Of a stretch of 64,000 bases of DNA, positions 1 to 7,330 are shown one piece after another. Every line of letters starts with the position of its first letter. The first letter of the stretch is position 1. Both the position numbers and the translations under genes were made by a program. Source of the DNA: a virus (taxonomy: Duplodnaviria > Caudoviricetes); the IMG/VR virus record IMGVR_UViG_3300043754_000129, positions 96,001 to 160,000 of that record, one strand, 5' to 3'. The notes under the pieces were generated by a model. The model had not been told where the DNA came from and did not search any database. It saw nothing but the letters and a program-made list of their open reading frames with translations.

Positions 1-805
1 TATTGTTCCAATGAAGGAGTTGGGGGAGACCCGCCTCGCCATAGCGATCCTGGGGTCTCCCTCCGTTTTTGCTCTATGCTTACCACGCTGAGCAGTTGCG
101 GTCCCGTCATGACGTCGTACCTACAGGGTTGCAGGAATTATGGCCAGGCAGTCCCATTCCCATGTCAATGCAGCTCAAAGGCGGCGAACAGAGGGGATCG
201 GCGAAAGTGACTCTATATATGCAACTCATCCGGTAGGTCTAGTGTCGCTACCCTACTAAGGGTAGATTTACTCTTGGGAAAGCTTGCGAAAGGGCTAGAT
301 ATGGCCCAGGTTTATGCGTACGCCGGCGATTTCATGCCCCACCCCCTTAGCCTTTTACGCAAGGCCCTTATGCGCGTGTGATAAGTCAATTGGTCGTGAC
401 TAACCGTGCCAGCGAGATCTCGCCTGATGAAGGCCGTCGGCAATGTCAATGCATAGCGGACGATGCCATAGCGAGTTGGCCCCTAATACTCCCGGCGCTC
501 GCCGAGAGGTGTCGCGATACTAGATCCGGTCAATGAGTGCCCGTCCACCACAGTTCCCACACCGCAGTGATCGTCAGAAGCCGCATTCTCGAAGTCTAAC
601 CGCTAATTCCCGTCAAGGAACAAATCGATAATCTAGTCGAACCGTACATCCGTAAAGCTCCGGATCGTTCTCGCGAGCAGCAGCGCGCGTACACCGCGCG
701 GGTACAGGTCAGGGAATTCAGTCAGGCCTCGAATGCTATCGTAAAGTGCACCTACCTGTCCCCGCAAGAGGCCTTTCGCCTCCGAAGAATGCGCGCTGCC
801 CAAAC
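1..805 (+). ncRNA. Candidate large structured non-coding RNA (may begin upstream of the window)
   Basis: No credible ORF over ~800 nt. Nested helices: 119-133/220-238, 248-254/259-265, 583-589/786-792, 605-611/712-718, 724-730/768-774. GNRA-type loops at 201-208 and 283-292. G-U pairs mostly favour the + strand. Confidence 0.5.
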
Positions 806-1273
806 TTAACCCACCACGATCAGCGTGGTGTTCAATGCTTTCTTGTCCCACAGGTACTCGTAGACTGCGCGACGAGCAAAGTGGAACCAGTGACTGGCTT
901 CGTCAATCAGAAACTCGTCAAAGTCGCCCAGAGTACCATCGGCGATACGCACCTTGAGTTCATTGGCGGTGATGAGGCGGGCTTTCACGCTCTCTTCAAG
1001 TTCGCCACGGTCAAACCGGTGCGCCGACAACAGGCCTGTCCTGAGAAAGCTGTCGCGCACCACCATGAGCGCCTTCTCGTTGCCCATGATGCGTTTGACC
1101 ATCCAGTAGGACTTGCCCATCTGCCGCGGCACGTTGAAACCAACCGTGCGGTATTCGCCGAAGAAGGTCGGACCGAACGTATCGATGTGGCCGTACTTCT
1201 CAGCCACTTCTTGACCGTTCTTCAGACCAATCAGCAGCTCATTAACGATGAGATCGAAATCGATTCTTTTCAT
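806..1273 (-). CDS. Small P-loop NTPase resembling a truncated terminase ATPase domain
   Basis: Walker A-like VPRQMGKS and Walker B FLIDEA in a 155-aa ORF. Confidence 0.7.
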   Translation of the reverse strand: MKRIDFDLIVNELLIGLKNGQEVAEKYGHIDTFGPTFFGEYRTVGFNVPRQMGKSYWMVKRIMGNEKALMVVRDSFLRTGLLSAHRFDRGELEESVKARLITANELKVRIADGTLGDFDEFLIDEASHWFHFARRAVYEYLWDKKALNTTLIVVG

Positions 1274-1299
1274 TTGAGTGTGCCCTTGTGGAAAAACTG

Positions 1300-1626
1300 T
1301 TACAGCGAGTCGATGTCGACGGCGACAGCAGCTTCACCCGCGCGCGATTGCACGATGGCTGCCAGTTCTTCGTCTTCGATCTTCAGCGCTTTCTTGACGT
1401 AGTCGATGATCGACTGCGGCGTCGTGAACTTCTCGGCGTCTTCGTCTTCGATACGCAGATCGAATTCGTCTTCCGCAGCCATGGTGAGTTCCACCACGTC
1501 CAGGCTGTCACCGCCCAGGTCTTGTACGAACGACGAATCGTTCTTGACTTCGCTGATGGAAACGCCGAGTTGTTCGGCGACGATTTGCTTGACGCTTTGT
1601 TCGATCTGTTGTGCGGTCTTTGCCAT
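1300..1626 (-). CDS. acpP: Acyl carrier protein with a C-terminal extension
   Basis: IVAEQLGV...[24 protein letters not shown]; DSL phosphopantetheine-attachment motif intact; start placed at MAKTAQQ. Confidence 0.92.
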   Translation of the reverse strand: MAKTAQQIEQSVKQIVAEQLGVSISEVKNDSSFVQDLGGDSLDVVELTMAAEDEFDLRIEDEDAEKFTTPQSIIDYVKKALKIEDEELAAIVQSRAGEAAVAVDIDSL

Positions 1627-1636
1627 GATGGTCTCG

Positions 1637-2107
1637 TTACATCTTGAACTTGGTGACCACGGGCTCACCCGTATCGAAGGTCACCACCAGGGCCGTGCCG
1701 AAGTCGTCTTCGGGCCACGGGTCAGGATACTCGTGATGCTTGGCCCCGAGACCCTTGAGGAGGTCGGGGATCTTGCCGTGATGCCAACAGATCAGCGTGA
1801 TGGGGTCTGCCAAATCCAGGCAGCTCACCAAGCTCTTGCCCAACTCGCGGGCCTTGTCGTCTTCGATCGAGGCGATCAGTTGCGCGTTTTCGAGAGATTC
1901 GAACAGCGGCAGGATCGTCTGTAACGGCCGGATGCTGTGCGGGCTCGGAGCCGTCGCGTAAATGGTGTCGGGTGTCCCGAAGTTCTGGGGGATGTATTCC
2001 TTCCACTTTTCGGCGCGATGAAGGCCCAGGGCAGACAACCTTTGGTCGCCCTCTCGTATCGGCTTTTCTGCATGGCGAATGATGATGATCTTTTTCTGCG
2101 ACTTCAT
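1637..2107 (-). CDS. Histidine phosphatase superfamily protein (SixA/PGM-like)
   Basis: N-terminal IIIIRHAEK (RHxE motif) and a second His in ICWHHG. Confidence 0.8.
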   Translation of the reverse strand: MKSQKKIIIIRHAEKPIREGDQRLSALGLHRAEKWKEYIPQNFGTPDTIYATAPSPHSIRPLQTILPLFESLENAQLIASIEDDKARELGKSLVSCLDLADPITLICWHHGKIPDLLKGLGAKHHEYPDPWPEDDFGTALVVTFDTGEPVVTKFKM

Positions 2108-2129
2108 TTCTGTTCCACCTGCTTTTGTA

Positions 2130-2780
2130 ATTAGGTCTCTTCGCTACTAACGCCGAGCCAGTTGGGAATGCCCACCCCGTTTGCGGACATTCCGAACCAG
2201 CCAAGTACGTGATTCGGTCTACACACTACCTCGCCAAAGCGATCCTGAGTGTGCAGATACAACAATGGTCTTCCTGACCTTACGATCTCGTGCGAAGCGG
2301 ATGCATGAGTTGGCCGTACCGACGCAAGTATTGGCGGCTTTCACCGCTGTAAGTCTTATTCGGCTTGACTGCTCCCACACATCAGTAACGTCTGCTCTCA
2401 TTCGGAACACATTAAGCGCGCCGGCGCCTCCCATGCCTGGAAGGTGTGAACTCAAGTCTCAGCAGTCCGTCAGTCCGCGATGATCAACCCACTAATAAGC
2501 GGGCTTGTATTTGTTCGTTTTAGGTTGGAAGAGGTACTGGCAAGCAGACGCGTCATTGTCCCTTTACCACAGTAAGTCTCGCCAGTGGGGGTGATCCATA
2601 CGGTCCCCGTTTGACCGCGGTATCTCGCCACCACTTTAGGCGCATGTGTAAAGGAGGGACGAAAGCCGAACGAACGCCCGTCGTTGGCTCTCTTGACGCG
2701 TTCCACTTGATCGTAAGTCGCTGCCAGCGAAGCGCTTGAATAATCGTGCGCCAGATGCCGTCAGCGAACCTACGAAACCA
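2130..2780. ncRNA. Second candidate large structured non-coding RNA
   Basis: ~650 nt with no credible ORF. Helices at 2165-2173/2185-2193, 2367-2373/2461-2467, 2376-2380/2444-2448, 2486-2492/2499-2505 and 2334-2347 (GAAA loop on - strand). Shares a motif with 25-60. Confidence 0.5.
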
Positions 2781-2781
2781 G

Positions 2782-3786
2782 TTAGAGCACCACGCCCGTG
2801 TCAGTCGCAACGTCGTTCTTGCCGATGATGTTGGCTTGCGCAACGCGCGCACCTTCATCCGTCTTGAACTCGTCGAGCACCTTGTTCAGATGCTTGGCGA
2901 CGTCACCGAACACGCCGTCGCTCGTCACGTAGTGGTACGGGCTCGACAGCGTCTTGCCGTTGAACGTACCATCCACGAAACCGACCTTCTGCATTTCCGG
3001 GCGCTTTGCGAGCGTCGGATCCAGACCGTCGGCGGCCAGCGTGGTGATCGAGATCAGATTGCCGATCTTATTCAGATCGGTATCGACCTTGTCGGTGAAC
3101 AGCGACAGCGCGACCAGGTTCGGCGAGTAGGACGTGACACGATGGAAGTTAATCCAGTTGTACAGGTCCATGCCGTCCAGTTCGCGATTGCGGCGCGAGA
3201 ACAGGAGCAGCAGTGCCGACACGAGGTCTTGCACGCGCGCGTCGACGGCGGCACGGTTCATGTCGCGGCCGTTTTGCAGGTAGTACATGACCACCGGCTT
3301 CTTGCGCGTGTTGATCGCGATGTTCTGGTACGACTTGATCGTCTTCAGCGTGTTCTCGGTCCACGTCTTCGTGGCATCGTCGCCGACCATCACGACGATC
3401 GTGAGCTTGTCGTTGCCGAGCAGTTCCGAGGTCAGGCAGGAAGCGAGCACGGCGCCCGTGCCACCACCGCCCGAGGAGACGACGATGTTCAGATCGGCAG
3501 GCTTGAACAGGTTGAGGATCTCACGCGTGCGTGGCGCGATGTCCTCGTAGTTCTCGGCGCGAATGCCGCCCGAGCCGTCCTTGCCGTCGACCAGGTAAAG
3601 CTTGTCAGCGGGGATGCCTGCGTGCAGGTTGGCCTTCGAGGTGTCCAGGTAGACCGTGTCGAGGTTGGCGAACACGTTCTGATCGGTTTGCTTGGTCAGC
3701 ATCGCGGCGACCTTGCTTCCGATATTGATACCGGCACCACCGCAGGAGAACAGCCGCACGAGACCCAATTCACGTTCGTGAGTCAT
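2782..3786 (-). CDS. phuZ: PhuZ phage tubulin (tubulin/FtsZ family)
   Basis: FSCGGAGINIG and VVSSGGGGTGA tubulin signature, DGSGG loop; start at MTHERELG (334 aa). Confidence 0.93.
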   Translation of the reverse strand: MTHERELGLVRLFSCGGAGINIGSKVAAMLTKQTDQNVFANLDTVYLDTSKANLHAGIPADKLYLVDGKDGSGGIRAENYEDIAPRTREILNLFKPADLNIVVSSGGGGTGAVLASCLTSELLGNDKLTIVVMVGDDATKTWTENTLKTIKSYQNIAINTRKKPVVMYYLQNGRDMNRAAVDARVQDLVSALLLLFSRRNRELDGMDLYNWINFHRVTSYSPNLVALSLFTDKVDTDLNKIGNLISITTLAADGLDPTLAKRPEMQKVGFVDGTFNGKTLSSPYHYVTSDGVFGDVAKHLNKVLDEFKTDEGARVAQANIIGKNDVATDTGVVL

Positions 3787-3850
3787 GTTTTCATTCCTTG
3801 GTGTTGGGGAGATGCTTCCTCCACATACGAGAGTGGAGGCACGTAAAAAA

Positions 3851-4183
3851 CTACCGGAGCCCCAGTTCGCGGAGTTCACGAGACACCAGCGATTGGGAAA
3901 TGTCCAGGTACTGCGCGATCTGCATTTGCGTCTGATGACACGCATGCAGCTTCTTGATCCAGATGCGACGCTCGTCCTTATTGAGGTCGTTCGGATCGAA
4001 GGCGTGACCGTCGAGCGTGTAGCGGTGGATGGCTTCCGTGAACACACCGTCATGCAGCGTGCTGCCATAGGCGACCATCAGGCCACCAGCGCCCGTGACC
4101 GTGAACTGATCGAAGCCTTCGAGTCCCAGCTCTTTGGCCAGTTTCTCGATGCTTTCCATCAGGTTATCCATGTGCGTTACCAT
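3851..4183 (-). CDS. Small protein with a C-terminal helix-turn-helix
   Basis: TQMQIAQYLDISQSLVSRELR HTH pattern; GGAG RBS upstream. Confidence 0.7.
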   Translation of the reverse strand: MVTHMDNLMESIEKLAKELGLEGFDQFTVTGAGGLMVAYGSTLHDGVFTEAIHRYTLDGHAFDPNDLNKDERRIWIKKLHACHQTQMQIAQYLDISQSLVSRELRELGLR

Positions 4184-4201
4184 TGCATTGCTCCTTCAAG
4201 G

Positions 4202-4588
4202 TTAGGGCGGGGTGCCCTCGTCGTAATACTCGCCACCTTCGTCATCCCAACCGAAGTTAGCGGCATCATTGGTTTCCGGGGCCGTACCTTCAATCGGTGC
4301 TTCCATCACGTCCTTCCGCCAGTTGACGTAGGACATCGACGGTGCTCCGACGTAGAACCGATCTTCCGGTTTGTGATTGGTCCAGCGCGCTTCCGTGACG
4401 GTGACCGGCGTCCCCAGCAGAATGCGGGCCACCTGGTCGAGCACCCACGCCTTGTGGTGCGCACCATCGATCTGACCGTACATGGCGATATACGTCATCG
4501 CCCAATCCGATTGCGTGTAAGTCTTGTAGACCGGGTGCGACTTGATGTCGACAGGGAATTCGCCTAGGTACTGGCCGGGGTCTGACAT
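4202..4588 (-). CDS. Hypothetical phage protein
   Basis: GAGG RBS; globular sequence containing YGQIDGAHHKAWVLDQVAR. Confidence 0.7.
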   Translation of the reverse strand: MSDPGQYLGEFPVDIKSHPVYKTYTQSDWAMTYIAMYGQIDGAHHKAWVLDQVARILLGTPVTVTEARWTNHKPEDRFYVGAPSMSYVNWRKDVMEAPIEGTAPETNDAANFGWDDEGGEYYDEGTPP

Positions 4589-4770
4589 GCTGCCTCCTGC
4601 TGGCGCTTGGCATAGATGCGGTCCGCTTCCGCTGAGAGGGCATCGGCGTCTTTGGCCAGCTGATCCATGCCTTTCAGGAAGAGTTCCATGTTCTGCTGAC
4701 GAATGCCTTGAATTGCAGCGTCGCAGGCTTTCTCACTACGGTAAGTTGCGAGGTCGATTACCTGACCCAT
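4564..4770 (-). CDS. Hypothetical protein
   Basis: AAGGAG RBS before MGQVIDL; fills the gap in a minus-strand operon. Confidence 0.6.
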   Translation of the reverse strand: MGQVIDLATYRSEKACDAAIQGIRQQNMELFLKGMDQLAKDADALSAEADRIYAKRQQEAACQTPAST

Positions 4771-4849
4771 TACTGGCTCCTTTGGGAAATCATTTGACAG
4801 GGCTACAAGGTGATGATATATCACCATTTCTTTTTTAGGAGGGGGATAT

Positions 4850-5653
4850 ATGAACCCGGTTCAAAAAGCTCTTGCGGAGGTCAAGTATCGCATTCCTCCA
4901 CAGGTGCTGCACACGGTGTTCGTCAAGCGCACGGAGCGCTGGCGAGATGCGCCAAAGAGTATCGATGAGCAGATCCTGAGTCTCGTCATCCGTCCCCGCG
5001 TGATGGTCGACGCCAATCTCGTGGGGGGTCGCGAAATCTGGATTCTGCTCGATGGCTGCCGTATCGGTGGGGACGATGTCTACGAATCTGTGTTCCGGAT
5101 TCCGAAGAACCGTACGAACGGTGCCTCTATCATGAGCGTGCTAAATATTTCTTTCGCAGATCCGTCGCGTATCAGCGCGGCAGGGGTGGCTGCGAACGGA
5201 CAGAACAACATGATGCTCCAAGCCGGTCAAGCGGTGATGGACGCCATGGGCATGATCCCGCAGACGTCGACGGCCCGTATCGAGTTGATCGGCGAGAACG
5301 TGGTGTTGGTCCGGGACGTGATGACGATGCCCGCCAACGCTTACCTGCGCTGTCTGGTGGGCAACGATGATAACCTGAACAACATCCAGTTGCGCAGCTA
5401 TCATCACTTCAGCAAGCTCGTCGAGTTTGCGGTGAAGTCGTACATCTACAACACGTACATCATCGATCTCGATATGGGTGAGCTGCGTGGTGGTCAGAAC
5501 CTGGGTCGCATCAAGGAGATCATTGACGGTTATGCCGATGCTGAGCAGAACTATCAGGACTACCTGCGCGAGAAGTGGACCAAGGTCGCGTATATGAACG
5601 ACAACGAACGCTGGAACCGCACGATCCGTGCCCTCCAGGGTGGCAATCGCTAA
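4850..5653 (+). CDS. Conserved phiKZ-like protein, probably virion structural
   Basis: Strong AGGAGG RBS, 267-aa ORF with phage codon bias, followed by a hairpin. Confidence 0.7.
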   Translation: MNPVQKALAEVKYRIPPQVLHTVFVKRTERWRDAPKSIDEQILSLVIRPRVMVDANLVGGREIWILLDGCRIGGDDVYESVFRIPKNRTNGASIMSVLNISFADPSRISAAGVAANGQNNMMLQAGQAVMDAMGMIPQTSTARIELIGENVVLVRDVMTMPANAYLRCLVGNDDNLNNIQLRSYHHFSKLVEFAVKSYIYNTYIIDLDMGELRGGQNLGRIKEIIDGYADAEQNYQDYLREKWTKVAYMNDNERWNRTIRALQGGNR

Positions 5654-5667
5654 AAAAAGAAGTAGCG

Positions 5668-5703
5668 GTCATAAGGCCCCGGGGAAACCCGGGGCTCTAT
5701 GCC
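5668..5703. terminator. CATA...TATG-footed GC hairpin between convergent genes
   Basis: CATAAGGCCCCGGG-GAAA-CCCGGGGCTCTATG preceded by an A-tract. Confidence 0.7.
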
Positions 5704-5710
5704 GTTGGCC

Positions 5711-6046
5711 TTAAGCCTTCGCAAGCAGCTTCTCGAGCTGGCGCTCGAGGAACGGACCCATGTACGACTCGCCAAAGCGCTCAGCGAAAGCTTCGGCGCC
5801 CAGCGCGTGATGCGTCAGGTTCACGTAGTTCATCGGCTGGCGATAGAGCTTCTTCGTGTGACGCTGCACGATTTCGATGACAGCCTTGGCCAGCGACGGG
5901 CGTGTGCGGCAAGTTGCGTTGGCGTCACGGATTTCCTGGGCGAGCGTGGGATACTTGTCCAGCCAGCCCTGCACCACCTTACGGGGAGGAACGGCTGCCA
6001 AAGCAGTCTTCGCGGCATCGATATCGACAACACCCTTCTTCTTCAT
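5711..6046 (-). CDS. Hypothetical protein
   Basis: 111-aa ORF between two hairpins; AAAGGT upstream. Confidence 0.65.
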   Translation of the reverse strand: MKKKGVVDIDAAKTALAAVPPRKVVQGWLDKYPTLAQEIRDANATCRTRPSLAKAVIEIVQRHTKKLYRQPMNYVNLTHHALGAEAFAERFGESYMGPFLERQLEKLLAKA

Positions 6047-6071
6047 TTGTTTACCTTTTTTAAAGTTAAGA

Positions 6072-6107
6072 TCATAAAGCCCCGCCGGTGAGGGCGGGGT
6101 CTATGCC
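6072..6107. terminator. CATA...TATG-footed hairpin
   Basis: CATAAAGCCCCGCC...GGGCGGGGTCTATG. Confidence 0.6.
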
Positions 6108-6306
6108 GTCGTTATAACGGATTCAAATTGTAAAAGAACGTTTCAACTACACCCGGGTGTAGCGATACTGCGGCTCATGGAACGAAGAGCGCAACTACCT
6201 TCAATTGTTCCGATCGGGGATCGCATTGGCTTTACGCTGAGGGTCGGGGAACCCTGTACTGCGTCGGAGGTGCGAAGCCCCAATACCTTGAGCGAACTGC
6301 AATTCC

Positions 6307-6567
6307 TTAATGGAGCTCCGTGCGGAACCCATCATTACAGGCGTAGGTGTACTGCTGCTCATCGTGCCAACAGGCCTTGCCGCAGTAGCGACGCTCGCCG
6401 GTGTAGGACACATCGATCAGCTTACACTCATGCGCCTGCATGAATGCTTCGCGATCACGCTGTTCCTTCACGCCGGCGGCAATGCCTGCGACCATCGCTA
6501 GCAGTAAGCCGATGATGAGAACGAACGCCATCCAGCTCTCGTTCTCGGAAGGAGCCGCGAAACTCAC
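6307..6567 (-). CDS. Small membrane-anchored protein with Cys residues
   Basis: TM helix WMAFVLIIGLLLAMVAGIAAGV; overlaps the stop of the upstream gene. Confidence 0.7.
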   Translation of the reverse strand: MSFAAPSENESWMAFVLIIGLLLAMVAGIAAGVKEQRDREAFMQAHECKLIDVSYTGERRYCGKACWHDEQQYTYACNDGFRTELH

Positions 6568-7271
6568 GCTTCAGCCTTCGAGAGTTCCTTTTCCTTCTCG
6601 ATCACTTTGCCGTTGAACGTCGAGGGCAGCGTGACCGCGAGGTACAGGTTCAGGCGATCGTCAGCGAACTCCAGCTCACCGGCTTGCGTGAGGAAGAAGT
6701 GCGCGACACCGTGGCTGTCCTTCCAGGCGTGACCATGGAAGCCGAACGGCAGATCCAGAATCACACGGCGCCATTCGTACAGGAACGTAGCCACCTGGAA
6801 CTTGCTGTCTTCGCCCAACCACCAGTCGCCGCTGCGCTCGGTGCCGAACAACGCGTCGAACGCGCCGATGAGGTCGACCGGGCTCGCGATGAACTCGGGT
6901 GCCTTCGTCGGCTCTTCGCCTTCCACAGCCTTCTTCGGTTGCAGGTACACCGGCAACATCAGCGGGCCATTGAGCATGTGCAGCGAGAAGAACGGCGTCT
7001 CGTCTTGACCGACGGCCGTCACGGTTTCTTGCACGAGGCTCATCGCGTTCTTCGACGTGTCCGAGGGCGACGTCGTGAGCGAGTAGTTCGCACGGAAGCC
7101 GTCGAACGCCGTGAGGATACGTAGCGTTTCACGGATCGCGTCGGTCAGGCGCTTGCTCTTGCCCGCGCCGTCGTACTTCATGAACGCGATCTTGTCGAGG
7201 AACGCCCGGTCTTCGAGCGGGAACTTGTAGTCGTTGAAACGAAGATGATGCGCGTCGGTCTTGTGGCTCAT
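6564..7271 (-). CDS. Hypothetical protein
   Basis: Long ORF with phage codon bias; start at MSHKTD. Confidence 0.75.
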   Translation of the reverse strand: MSHKTDAHHLRFNDYKFPLEDRAFLDKIAFMKYDGAGKSKRLTDAIRETLRILTAFDGFRANYSLTTSPSDTSKNAMSLVQETVTAVGQDETPFFSLHMLNGPLMLPVYLQPKKAVEGEEPTKAPEFIASPVDLIGAFDALFGTERSGDWWLGEDSKFQVATFLYEWRRVILDLPFGFHGHAWKDSHGVAHFFLTQAGELEFADDRLNLYLAVTLPSTFNGKVIEKEKELSKAEA

Positions 7272-7330
7272 TGCTTCACTCAATCCTTGATGAGGTAATC
7301 TGTTCAAAACTGCTCTAGCACAAGATGTGC

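Noticed and set aside
424-440. CTGATGA hammerhead-like core
   Set aside because: No GAAA after a stem II, so the catalytic core is incomplete.
500-550. CCACCA end suggesting a tRNA or tmRNA
   Set aside because: No T-arm (GTTCRA in a 5-bp stem) or matching acceptor stem; no tRNA could be supported anywhere in the window.
639-670. Minus-strand GTACGGTTC resembling the 3' half of group II intron domain V
   Set aside because: The 5' half lacks the AGC/CGC triad and correct length, there is no domain VI or GUGYG boundary, and no interrupted gene or RT is nearby.
633-851. 72-aa minus-strand ORF
   Set aside because: Overlaps the ATPase gene end in another frame, has no RBS, and lies across long-range helices.
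2181-2858. Several short ORFs (2181-2483, 2219-2455, 2470-2706, 2553-2858)
   Set aside because: No RBS, atypical codon usage and R/S-rich composition; mutually overlapping.
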